From Flavobacteriaceae bacterium UBA3591 (GTDB lineage Bacteria > Bacteroidota > Bacteroidia > Flavobacteriales > Flavobacteriaceae), in the NCBI GenBank assembly GCA_002375695.1, contig DFMO01000008.1, positions 38,784-102,783 on the forward strand: a stretch of DNA of 64,000 bases, read 5' to 3'. Shown one piece after another: positions 27,601-35,875 of the stretch. Under the pieces are notes generated by a model, which saw nothing but the letters and a program-made list of their open reading frames with translations, ran no database searches and was not told where the DNA came from. Position numbers and translations under genes: made by a program. Every line of letters begins with the position of its first letter. Positions within the stretch are counted from its first letter, which is position 1.

Positions 27601-30600
27601 TAATCTTGGTTGTGGCATCTCAGGTTGTACCCAGGAAGATGATATTGAAAGCTATGCGCCTGGGCCAATATTTGGTCAAGATCCTAATTGGGAAACTTGG
27701 AATCCTGGAACTCCAGGCGAAAGTGCTGAGGTTTCTTTAGATCAGGCCCAAAGTGGTAACCAAAGTGTAAAAGTTACAGGCGTACCAGCCGGTGGACCGG
27801 TAGATCAAATTTACAAGTTTGGTAATTTATCGAGTGGTGTTTGGGAAATTAAATATGCAATGTATGTTCCAGTAGGAAACACGGCATTTACAAATATTCA
27901 AAAGTCTGAAACTTCAGGCACCGAATGGGCTCATCAAATTCAATTTAATTCAGATGGTTCAGCAAACTATCAGGTAGAAAATAGTCTTAATCCATTTAGC
28001 TATCCGCAAGGAGTGTGGTTCGAAGTGTTATTTCATATTGATTTAACTAATGATACCTGTGAGTTTTTTATTAATGGAACTTCAATTATTACCCACCCTT
28101 ACAGTTCATTTAGTTCTGGAACCGGAGGCTTGAGTACAATAGGGTCTTTAAATATTTATCCGGTAACCAACTTTTTTGGTACAGATCCTAACCCGGCGGC
28201 AACACCTTTGTTTTATATAGATGATATAAGTCTATGTGTAGTGCCAGTTAATGATTATAATAACACTGCAGATGCTAGTGATAATTATCCGGTAGGAAGC
28301 ACGAATGTTGTTTGGACGGCCATTGACGAAACCGGTGCAAGTTATACTTGTACCCAAGTTATTACGGTTGAAGACGCAGAAGATCCAGTAATTACGTGTC
28401 CGGCAAATTTTAATGTAAACAATGATCCAGGAATTTGTGGAGCAGTAGTTAATTATCCTATGCCCACAGCAACAGATAATTGTAGTAGTTTAGGTTCTTT
28501 GTCTACATTGTTTGCATCCAATAATGGTGGCGCGCAAGGTGGTGCTGTTTATTTTGATGTAAGTGTAGCTAGTAATAATTTAACTGTAAACTCCATTGAA
28601 GTTAATACACCCGATGGCCCTGGCGGTGCGTTCAATATTAATGTATATACCACTCCAGGTACCTCTGTAGGTAATGAAACTAATGCGGGAGCATGGACGT
28701 TAGTTAGTTCGGGTACAGGAACTGTAACATCGGTAGATAGCCCATCATTAGCGGTATTATCAACTCCATTTACACTTAATGCTTCAACCAGTTATGGTCT
28801 TGCAATTGTAATGGACGGTTCACACGGCCATAGTTATACTAATGGTACGGGAGGTAATCAATCTTATTCTAATGCCGATTTGTCAATGTCATTAGGAAAA
28901 GCATCAAATTCACCTTTTAGTGCACCGCTTTTTAATCCTAGAGTCTTTAATGGAACACTAATTTACCAATCGGCAGCAAGTCTTTCTATTTCTCAAACAG
29001 GCGGACTAGCCAGCGGAAGTACATTTCCTGTTGGAACAACTACAAATACATTTGTTGTGACCGATGGAGCAGGAAATACAGATACTTGTAGTTTTGATGT
29101 TACGGTTAATGATACCGAACCGCCTATAGCGATGTGTATGCCTAATTTTACAATTCAATTAGATGCTAGCGGAAATGCGAGTATTACACCAACTGATATT
29201 GATAATGGAAGTACAGACAACTGTGGAATTACATCATATTCTGTCGCGCCCAATAGCTTTAGTTGTGCCGATATTGGTAATAATACAGTCACTTTAACAG
29301 TTACCGATGCTGCAGGAAATTCTAGTACATGTACCACAGTAGTCACGGTAGAAGATAATGTTGCACCAAATGCAATTTGCCAAAATATTACCGTTCAACT
29401 AGATGCTTCGGGCAATGCTTCAATTGTAGCGGCAGATGTCGACGGTGGTAGTAATGATGCTTGTGGAATTGCAAGCACTTCAATAGATATTACCGATTTC
29501 ACCTGTGCAAATATTGGTCCTAACAATGTAACTTTAACGGTTACCGATACTAACGGAAATAGTAGTACTTGTGTAGCAGTTGTAACTGTTGAAGATAACA
29601 TTCCGCCAATTATAGCATGTCCTGCAGATATTACAGCAAATTCTGATGCAGGAATGTGTAGTGCGGTCGTTACATTTGTAACGCCATTAGCTTTTGATAA
29701 TTGTAATGTTTCTGTAGCTCAAACAGCAGGGCTTCCAAGTGGAAGTGATTTCCCAGTGGGTGTAAATACCGTTGAGTTTACAGCAACCGATGACGGTGGT
29801 AATACTGCTGTTTGTAGTTTTACTATAACAGTAACAGATAATGAGCCACCAACAATGGCTTGTCAAAATATTACAATTCAACTAGATTCATTGGGTGTTG
29901 CAACAATTACAGCAGCAGATGTCGATGGCGGAAGTACAGATAACTGTGGTATAGCAACTTCAACTGTTAGTCCGAGCACATTCGATTGTAGTAATGTTGG
30001 CGATAATCCTGTAACTTTAACCGTCACCGACATACACGGAAATAGCAATACATGTACTGCTATTGTTACGGTAGAAGATGTAACGCCACCTATGGCAATG
30101 TGCCAAGATATTACGGTGCAATTAGATCCTGTAACGGGTATGGTAACTATTGTAGGAAGCGATGTTGATGGCGGAAGTACAGATGCCTGCGGTATAGATA
30201 CATATACTTTAGATATTGACACTTTTGACTGTTCAAATGTTGGAGCCAATACGGTTATGTTAACCGTAACCGATATTAACGGAAACGCTAGTACTTGCTC
30301 GGCAGTTGTAACCGTTGAGGATAATACGAGTCCGGTTTTAGTTTGTCAAGATTATACTTTAGAACTCGGGGCAGACGGAACAGCAACTTTAGATCCAATG
30401 GATGTAATAGCAAGTAATACAGATAATTGTGCAATACTTGCAGTTGCAGTCGACATAACTTTGTTTGATTGTAGCGACATTGGTGCGCCAGTAACTGTTC
30501 AAGTATTTACTGCAGACGTAAGTGGTAATTTAAGTACCTGTACAGCACAAGTAACAGTTGTAGATCTTTTGGCGCCAGTAATTACGTGTCCTATGGATCA

Positions 30601-31096
30601 AACAGTAGATCCAGGTCCTGGAAATGTATTCTATATAGTTCCAGATTATTTTGGTACTGGAGAAGCAACAGCAATGGATAATTGTACAGACCCAGTTACG
30701 GTTTTAAGTCAAAATCCGGCGCCAGGCACAGCATTGCCAGACGGAACTTATACAGTTACTCTTACCGCCGAAGATGACTACGGAAATAGTAGTACTTGCG
30801 ATTTTGAACTTATTGTAGAAAGCGTTTTAGGTGTGGGCGACAACACAGCCAATTTAGGCAGTGTTTTAATGTATCCTAATCCTGCAAAACATGCTGTAAT
30901 CATAGGAAATCCGCAAAGTATTTCACTAGAAAAAGTAGATATTTTTGATATTAGAGGAAGAATTGTAAAAACCGTAGACCTAAGAAACATGGGACCTGAA
31001 AAAGTTATCAATGTTTCTGAAATGGCCGCAGCAACCTATATTGTAATAATACAAGGTGAAAATGGTCAAATAACAAAACGACTTTTAAAAGAGTAA
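24620..31096 (+). CDS. Giant T9SS-secreted mosaic protein: FTP propeptide, M36 (fungalysin) metalloprotease, proprotein-convertase P-domain, HYR and Ig-like repeat modules, T9SS C-terminal sorting domain
   Basis: 2158 aa with a signal peptide. FTP-like HVYLRQAINGLEVYGTESSVHID. M36 motifs HEYGHGISNRL and GEGWSDYY. P-domain-like ITDLDVMVDISHTWVGDLIVDIKSPAGT...GTWEISVSDNAGGDIGTLNSWGI. HYR-like xxCPADIT...C modules. CTD motif VLMYPNPAKHAVIIG. Confidence 0.8.
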   Translation: MKKLTLLLVLLCFLPVQLNSQHKNPEKEKQAAQDAVRPSTISLNKLIKQKSNTYVITKEHVSRISGIRHVYLRQAINGLEVYGTESSVHIDRSGKVVVEHNKFLADVQATVRKSSQGISARQAISSVARQMGYSVSNLQELKNKGGKNQAAIFNKAGISSENIPVKLMYYYQPGKGTTLVWELSVAEKTSSDWWNFRVDASSGKIIDKDNWTVSCNILGDHDDHIHTNENMSSFVGPVVEPVVDNFVDEANINAPPAASYMVYAMPVENPNYGVRTLETNPENLTASPFGWHDINGDDTPEFTDTRGNNVDAYDDDNANNLPDGKYAVSPGGNLIFNFPLNTTYSAGDQSESAAITNLFYWSNIIHDVTYMYGFDEASGNFQFNNYGNGGLGADPVNAEAQDGSGTCNANFATPPDGTRPRMQMYVCGSRDGDLDNMVIIHEYGHGISNRLSNLGGAEQMGEGWSDYYGLMLTMEVGDTGPDSRGVGTWLIGEGPGGPGIRTWPYSTDFGVNPHTYDDIKTEVAPHGVGSVWAEMLWEMTWELIATHGFDPDFYGGSGGNNIALALVTEGLKLQPSLPGFVDGRDAILAADMALYGGVNQCAIWEAFARRGLGFSASQGSSASKTDGTEAYDLPPSFSSLDVVDEVCMSAGIQTGLTGGNPTGGQYSGAGVTDDGNGTTFTFDPTVGGPGLVTVTYTVNDFCSGAPTVLTDDINVTNDPPEIICVGSGVIPMTGMSTDNPLIPIPDNGSITATINVTENVVITDLDVMVDISHTWVGDLIVDIKSPAGTIARIIDRPGRVSSGFGCSGNDIDAILDDEAATLVEDECAPATPTIDGSFIPNNLLSIFDGESTLGTWEISVSDNAGGDIGTLNSWGIDYDYEIIAPVLDVTLDASGNATVNAADFLHSVTVDCGGYSVLAGSPLGATVSFTCADIGTNNVPVEVTNDNGASSTCTAIVNVIGSSVPGTITCPADITQNNDPGTCSANVTVPKAVYNLGCGISGCTQEDDIESYAPGPIFGQDPNWETWNPGTPGESAEVSLDQAQSGNQSVKVTGVPAGGPVDQIYKFGNLSSGVWEIKYAMYVPVGNTAFTNIQKSETSGTEWAHQIQFNSDGSANYQVENSLNPFSYPQGVWFEVLFHIDLTNDTCEFFINGTSIITHPYSSFSSGTGGLSTIGSLNIYPVTNFFGTDPNPAATPLFYIDDISLCVVPVNDYNNTADASDNYPVGSTNVVWTAIDETGASYTCTQVITVEDAEDPVITCPANFNVNNDPGICGAVVNYPMPTATDNCSSLGSLSTLFASNNGGAQGGAVYFDVSVASNNLTVNSIEVNTPDGPGGAFNINVYTTPGTSVGNETNAGAWTLVSSGTGTVTSVDSPSLAVLSTPFTLNASTSYGLAIVMDGSHGHSYTNGTGGNQSYSNADLSMSLGKASNSPFSAPLFNPRVFNGTLIYQSAASLSISQTGGLASGSTFPVGTTTNTFVVTDGAGNTDTCSFDVTVNDTEPPIAMCMPNFTIQLDASGNASITPTDIDNGSTDNCGITSYSVAPNSFSCADIGNNTVTLTVTDAAGNSSTCTTVVTVEDNVAPNAICQNITVQLDASGNASIVAADVDGGSNDACGIASTSIDITDFTCANIGPNNVTLTVTDTNGNSSTCVAVVTVEDNIPPIIACPADITANSDAGMCSAVVTFVTPLAFDNCNVSVAQTAGLPSGSDFPVGVNTVEFTATDDGGNTAVCSFTITVTDNEPPTMACQNITIQLDSLGVATITAADVDGGSTDNCGIATSTVSPSTFDCSNVGDNPVTLTVTDIHGNSNTCTAIVTVEDVTPPMAMCQDITVQLDPVTGMVTIVGSDVDGGSTDACGIDTYTLDIDTFDCSNVGANTVMLTVTDINGNASTCSAVVTVEDNTSPVLVCQDYTLELGADGTATLDPMDVIASNTDNCAILAVAVDITLFDCSDIGAPVTVQVFTADVSGNLSTCTAQVTVVDLLAPVITCPMDQTVDPGPGNVFYIVPDYFGTGEATAMDNCTDPVTVLSQNPAPGTALPDGTYTVTLTAEDDYGNSSTCDFELIVESVLGVGDNTANLGSVLMYPNPAKHAVIIGNPQSISLEKVDIFDIRGRIVKTVDLRNMGPEKVINVSEMAAATYIVIIQGENGQITKRLLKE
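25940..25954 (+). other. HExxH zinc-binding motif (HEYGH) of the M36 domain
   Basis: CAT GAA TAT GGA CAT in frame (residue 441 onward). Confidence 0.85.
29120..30575 (+). repeat. Five ~80-aa tandem Ig-like coding repeats, interrupted by one intact HYR module at about 29595..29850
   Basis: Units share the pattern C(Q/M)xxT(I/V)QLDxxGxxxIxxxDVDGGSxDxCGIxxxxxxxxxFxCxxxGxNxVTLTVTDxxGNxxTCxAxVTVED. They are diverged at the nucleotide level. Confidence 0.7.
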
Positions 31097-31116
31097 ATTA
31101 ATAACCTTTAAAACAG

Positions 31117-31149
31117 AAAACCCTTTCAAATTAATTGAAAGGGTTTTTT
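31117..31149. terminator. Bidirectional terminator between convergent genes
   Basis: aaaaccctttcaa (31117..31129) pairs with ttgaaagggtttt (31135..31147): a 13-bp stem with an A-run before and a T-run after. Confidence 0.8.
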
Positions 31150-31179
31150 ATTTTATTGCAAAAAATTTCGGTATTTAAT

Positions 31180-32121
31180 CTATAAGAAAACTACTTCCTC
31201 TTTTGCTTTTTTAAACTCTAAAATCATATCGTTTAAAATTTCAGCAGCAGGCTTAATGTCGTGAATTAACCCAGCAATTTGTCCAATTTCTAATTCTCCT
31301 TCATCTAAGTCGCCTTCAAACATTCCGCGCTTAGCTCGAGCACGACCTAAATGCTTAATAAGATCGTCTTTTGTGGGATTTGTTTTATAAAGCTCCATTA
31401 CGCTATCAAAAAACTTGTTTTTCAACATTCTAACTGGCGCTAATTCTTTAAGTGTTAGTTGGGTGTCACCCTCTTTTGCATCGACCACCATTTGTTTAAA
31501 TGCACGATGCGATGACGATTCTTCCGAGGCTACAAAACGGCTTCCTACCTGTACGCCATCGGCGCCCAAAACCATAGCGGCTAACATTCCGCGACCTGTT
31601 GCAACTCCGCCAGCGGCAATTAAAGGAACGTTTAATTGCTCCTTTACCATAGGTATTAAGGTAAATGTTGTAGTTTCTTCTCTACCGTTGTGCCCTCCCG
31701 CTTCAAAACCTTCGGCAACAATAGCATCAACTCCAGCCTCTTGTGCTTTTAATGCAAACTTTACACTACTTACAACGTGTACCACCGTAATACCGTGTTC
31801 TTTTAATTTTGAAGTATACGTCTTAGGGTTTCCTGCTGAGGTAAATATTATTTTTACGCCTTCTTCAATAATAATGTCAATAATTTTATCGATATCGGGA
31901 TAGAGCATAGGCACATTTACACCAAAAGGTTTGGTAGTTGCCTTTTTACATTTTATTATGTGTTCTCTTAAAACTTCGGGGTACATAGATCCTGCGCCCA
32001 ATAACCCTAAACCACCAGCGTTTGAAACTGCAGAGGCAAGGCGCCATCCGCTATTCCAAATCATTCCAGCCTGAATTATAGGGTATTTTATATTGAAAAG
32101 TTTGGTAATACTATTTTCCAC
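31180..32121 (-). CDS. Nitronate monooxygenase / NAD(P)H-dependent flavin oxidoreductase (FabK-like TIM barrel)
   Basis: 313 aa. YPIIQAGMIWNSG start, GVDAIVAEGFEAGGH and IPLIAAGGVATGRGMLAAMVLGADGVQVGSRF. Confidence 0.8.
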   Translation of the reverse strand: MENSITKLFNIKYPIIQAGMIWNSGWRLASAVSNAGGLGLLGAGSMYPEVLREHIIKCKKATTKPFGVNVPMLYPDIDKIIDIIIEEGVKIIFTSAGNPKTYTSKLKEHGITVVHVVSSVKFALKAQEAGVDAIVAEGFEAGGHNGREETTTFTLIPMVKEQLNVPLIAAGGVATGRGMLAAMVLGADGVQVGSRFVASEESSSHRAFKQMVVDAKEGDTQLTLKELAPVRMLKNKFFDSVMELYKTNPTKDDLIKHLGRARAKRGMFEGDLDEGELEIGQIAGLIHDIKPAAEILNDMILEFKKAKEEVVFL

Positions 32122-33755
32122 TACTTCTTGATAATTTTATAACTTGTTGTTTTGTTATTTGAGGTAATAGAGCAAATGTACATTCCCGATGGCAGCCCCG
32201 AAACATCTATGCTATTTCTTAAGTTGGTGATATTTGTTTGCAAGATTTTTTCACCTAAAACATTAAACATCGAAAACTCAGCACTGTCGGCATTTTTTGG
32301 GAACGAAATATTAATAAATGAACTCACGGGATTTGGGTAAAGTGCAAATTGCGTATCTTGTAGTTGCTCTTCTACGCTCAACAAAAGTAAAGCGTCTAAA
32401 GCTTCTTCAAAATTTGGAATACCATAACCCATTTTATCTGTAGGATTGTTATATCTACTGGCCGATTCGCGAATGGCTTGAGTAATAACTTCGTTGCTTA
32501 AATTTGGTACAGCACTCCATAATGAAGCAACCGCGCCAGCTATAATTGGCGAACTAAAAGATGTTCCGTTTGAAGTGGTAACATTTCCGTATTGATCTAC
32601 AACAGCAGCGTTGGTACCTTGGGCAACAACATCGGGCTTAATTCTTCCATCAACCGTAGGGCCATAAGAGCTAAAACCAGAAGGATCACCGCTACTATTA
32701 ACCGAGCCAATTGTAAAACTTCCAGGTGCGTCGCCGGGGGTGGCAACGTATCCAAAACTACCTGGATACCCGTCATTTCCAGCAGAAGTTACATTAATCA
32801 TTCCTTTGTCAAAAGCAGCATTTGCACCTCGGGCAGCAATAGTAGTTTGCCCGTCTAAATCTTGATAGGTATGGTCGAACGCCGGATTGTCAAAATCTTG
32901 GTAACCTAATGAAGTGTTAGTAACATATACCCCTAAGCTATCTGCGCGCTCTAAAGCTTCAACCCAGTACGCTTCTTCGGCGGGAGACTCGTCACTATCT
33001 TCGGTAATGTATAAATAGTACGATGCTCCGGGAGCTGTTCCTACAAACTGGCCATCTAAAAATCCTGCCGCATCACTAAAAGTAACCGCTCCGTGGCTGC
33101 CGTTTCCGTTTGGGTTTTCAACTCGAGCTGCAAAATCATAGTAGCCTAATAATCTACCTTCATTTCTAAGATTGGCATATGCTGGGTTTGTTAATACGCC
33201 AGGATATCCGTTATCCATAAAAGCTACGGTAATATTATCACCAATAAAATCGTTTTCGTGAAGATAATCTGCCGCAATCATTTCGGTTTGGTTTGTTGCG
33301 GTTCCGTAGTTGTATATTACGCGCGATTGCGATTCATTTTCAACCTCAAACTTATCATTTGTAAACTGTCTTCCGCTTGTAGTCCTATTTAGGCTTTTAT
33401 CGGCAAATTCAATATCAATTACAAAAGGAAGGTTGAGTAAGCTATTGATGTTGTTTTGGTTTCCTCTTACATATACTGCGTTTAACCACTTAGATTTTGC
33501 GAGTACTGTAATGCCTGTTGCGGCGTTAATTTGGGCTTTTTGAGTTTCGTTTAACGGCACATCGCGAGCATCGATTGGCGTATTGTGCGCCTGTTTTCTA
33601 TCAATTGCCTCTTGCGTTAAAATAGTAATTGGATTGGCCAATGCAGCCGAAACCACTGCCGGATCTTTTGCTTCTAAAAAAACTAATGCGTCTTCTACTT
33701 GTGCATAGTTTATTGAAGTAATTAATACAGCAATTAGTAAAATAATTTTTTTCAT
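32121..33755 (-). CDS. S8 (subtilisin-like) serine protease with a T9SS C-terminal sorting domain
   Basis: 544 aa with a signal peptide. Catalytic triad contexts VAFMDNGYPG, GNGSHGAVT and NGTSFSSPIIAGA. CTD motif FALYPNPVSSFINIS. Confidence 0.85.
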   Translation of the reverse strand: MKKIILLIAVLITSINYAQVEDALVFLEAKDPAVVSAALANPITILTQEAIDRKQAHNTPIDARDVPLNETQKAQINAATGITVLAKSKWLNAVYVRGNQNNINSLLNLPFVIDIEFADKSLNRTTSGRQFTNDKFEVENESQSRVIYNYGTATNQTEMIAADYLHENDFIGDNITVAFMDNGYPGVLTNPAYANLRNEGRLLGYYDFAARVENPNGNGSHGAVTFSDAAGFLDGQFVGTAPGASYYLYITEDSDESPAEEAYWVEALERADSLGVYVTNTSLGYQDFDNPAFDHTYQDLDGQTTIAARGANAAFDKGMINVTSAGNDGYPGSFGYVATPGDAPGSFTIGSVNSSGDPSGFSSYGPTVDGRIKPDVVAQGTNAAVVDQYGNVTTSNGTSFSSPIIAGAVASLWSAVPNLSNEVITQAIRESASRYNNPTDKMGYGIPNFEEALDALLLLSVEEQLQDTQFALYPNPVSSFINISFPKNADSAEFSMFNVLGEKILQTNITNLRNSIDVSGLPSGMYICSITSNNKTTSYKIIKK

Positions 33756-33767
33756 CTTGAATTTTTT

Positions 33768-34958
33768 TTAAGAAATAACACCGCTACCCAACAACTCATC
33801 ATCATTGTACCAAGCAACAAATTGCCCTTCGGTTATAGCAGCTTGTGGAGATTCAAATATAACATAAAGTCCCGAAATGGTTTGGTGCAAAGTGGCATTT
33901 TCTAAGGGTTGTCTATACCTAATACGTGCCATCACTTCCATAGTTTCGTCAATATTTAATTGTAAATCTGTGCGAACCCAATGTACTTCTTCATTTTTTA
34001 CAAAGAGTCCGCGTCTATACAAACCGGGGTGGTTTTTGCCTTGTCCGGTATAAATAACATTGGTCTCCACATCGGTATCAATTACAAACAGGGGTTCTTT
34101 GGTGCCCCCAACTGCCAATCCTTTGCGTTGCCCTTTGGTAAAATAATGGGCTCCGTGATGCGTGCCTACTTGTTTACCATCGGCAAGTGTGTAGTTGTGT
34201 TTAGACGAAAGATATTTTAATTCTTCTTCTGTTGAATTAAAAGTAGGAGTTTGCAGGTTATATGCTGAAAGGCTTGCAGGAACTTCAATAATCGCACCTT
34301 CTTTTGGTGCTAATTTTTGTTGTAAAAATTCGGGCAATCTTACTTTTCCTATAAAACACAACCCTTGAGAGTCGCGTTTTTCGGCTGTGATTAAATTTTG
34401 TTGTGTGGCAATTTCACGTACTTCAGATTTTAATAATTCTCCAACCGGAAAAAGCGTTTTTGATAGTTGTTCTTGCGATAATTGGCATAAAAAATAAGAC
34501 TGGTCTTTGTTTGGATCTTTTCCAGAAAGCAGTTGATAGATTTTATTACCGTCCTTATTAAACAAATCTCTTCTGCAATAATGTCCCGTTGCCACATAAT
34601 CTGCCCCAAGATTTAGGGCAATTTTCATAAATACATCAAATTTAATCTCACGATTACACAAAACATCGGGGTTTGGTGTACGCCCCATTTTGTATTCGCG
34701 AAACATATAATCTACAATGCGTTCTTTGTATTGCTCGCTTAAATCTACAGTTTGAAAAGGTATACCAAGTTTTTCGGCAACCATCATTGCGTCGTTGCTG
34801 TCTTCTAGCCACGGGCATTCATCAGAAATTGTAACAGAATCATCATGCCAATTTTTCATAAAAAGGCCAATAACTTCGTAACCTTGCTCTTTTAAAAGAT
34901 AGGCTGCAACGCTAGAATCTACACCACCACTAAGACCAACAACTACTCGTTTTTTCAT
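33768..34958 (-). CDS. mnmA: tRNA 2-thiouridine(34) synthase
   Basis: [24 protein letters not shown]-loop, [10 protein letters not shown] and full-length similarity to MnmA. Start trimmed to ATG 34958. Confidence 0.95.
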   Translation of the reverse strand: MKKRVVVGLSGGVDSSVAAYLLKEQGYEVIGLFMKNWHDDSVTISDECPWLEDSNDAMMVAEKLGIPFQTVDLSEQYKERIVDYMFREYKMGRTPNPDVLCNREIKFDVFMKIALNLGADYVATGHYCRRDLFNKDGNKIYQLLSGKDPNKDQSYFLCQLSQEQLSKTLFPVGELLKSEVREIATQQNLITAEKRDSQGLCFIGKVRLPEFLQQKLAPKEGAIIEVPASLSAYNLQTPTFNSTEEELKYLSSKHNYTLADGKQVGTHHGAHYFTKGQRKGLAVGGTKEPLFVIDTDVETNVIYTGQGKNHPGLYRRGLFVKNEEVHWVRTDLQLNIDETMEVMARIRYRQPLENATLHQTISGLYVIFESPQAAITEGQFVAWYNDDELLGSGVIS

Positions 34959-35007
34959 AAGTTTTTTGAATATACCTTTGCGTAAAATTGCATTTATTAA
35001 GAAGGAG

Positions 35008-35015
35008 CAAAGATA
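35008..35015 (-). promoter_or_regulatory. -7 promoter box for mnmA
   Basis: The minus strand reads TATCTTTG, about 50 nt upstream of ATG 34958 and inside the spurious N-terminal extension. Confidence 0.45.
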
Positions 35016-35070
35016 GTTATACTTTTTGTATACAACTGTCGGCAAATTGGAGTGAACCTTACCTAAAGCG

Positions 35071-35763
35071 CTACTTATTTTTAGGCTTCGGAAAGGTTTC
35101 TTCTAACACGGTTTTGCCGTCTTTATAATACTTCCAGAGCCCGTGTTTTTTATTGTTTTTGTAAGCTCCTTCAATAATTACATTGCCATAAGCATCGTAA
35201 TAGGTGGCAGAGCCGTGAAGCACATCGTTTTTATAATTCAATTTTTTAAGCAAAATTCCTTCGGGTGAAAAATAACTGTTTTCACCTTCTTTTTTTCCGT
35301 CTTTATAATTTATAACTTCTGTAATGGTGCCGTTGGGGTAGTAGGTGGTCATTTTTCCGTCGAGTTTACCAGAGGTGTAGTGCTCTCGAGTCATAATATT
35401 ATTTGAACCTTTATGGTAGTAAACCCATTCGCCAATGCGTTCTTTCCCCGCCATTTTGCCTTCACTAACAAGTTTTCCTTTTTTCGTGAAATATGAAACA
35501 TGAGCGGTATTGTCTTTGCTGGAGAATTTTTTAATAACCATGGGTTGGTCTTTACATTCTTCGCAGTAAAATTTAAATTCGCCAACCTCTTTCCCGTGCT
35601 TAAAAGTGCCTTCGTAACGCAGCTGAGTGCTGCCTGCAAAGGTTTTCTTCCAAAGTCCGTGACGTTTTCCTTCGGCGTCAACTTGGTTAATTTCACTTTG
35701 TGAATACCCCGTAGAAACGCAAAAAACAATTCCGAAGAAAAATAATAAAACCTTAATTTTCAT
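35071..35763 (-). CDS. MORN-repeat-variant protein (YwqK-like)
   Basis: 230 aa with a signal peptide. Repeated G-x-G-x-W-x-x-Y/F units ([70 protein letters not shown]). Confidence 0.6.
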   Translation of the reverse strand: MKIKVLLFFFGIVFCVSTGYSQSEINQVDAEGKRHGLWKKTFAGSTQLRYEGTFKHGKEVGEFKFYCEECKDQPMVIKKFSSKDNTAHVSYFTKKGKLVSEGKMAGKERIGEWVYYHKGSNNIMTREHYTSGKLDGKMTTYYPNGTITEVINYKDGKKEGENSYFSPEGILLKKLNYKNDVLHGSATYYDAYGNVIIEGAYKNNKKHGLWKYYKDGKTVLEETFPKPKNK

Positions 35764-35823
35764 TATTTGTATTATTTAATCTGTAGCAATAACGCAGAAA
35801 TTGAAAATCTATTTTTAAAAATG

Positions 35824-35860
35824 AAACCTCTCATGAAATATAGAATTTCATGAGAGGTTT
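35824..35860 (-). terminator. Terminator downstream of yidC
   Basis: Perfect 16-bp stem: aaacctctcatgaaat (35824..35839) pairs with atttcatgagaggttt (35845..35860), with a 5-nt loop. T-run on the minus-strand RNA. Confidence 0.7.
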
Positions 35861-35875
35861 TAATTTAAAGTTTAA

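Noticed and set aside
29120-30575. Tandemly repeated ~240-nt units that could be mistaken for a CRISPR-like or satellite repeat array
   Set aside because: The units are in frame within one long ORF, are diverged at the nucleotide level but conserved at the protein level, and have no spacer/repeat alternation. They are coding Ig-like modules.
35391-35729. 112-aa same-strand alternative-frame ORF inside the MORN-repeat gene
   Set aside because: It lies fully within a gene whose frame shows clear repeat structure. The alternative translation has no features.
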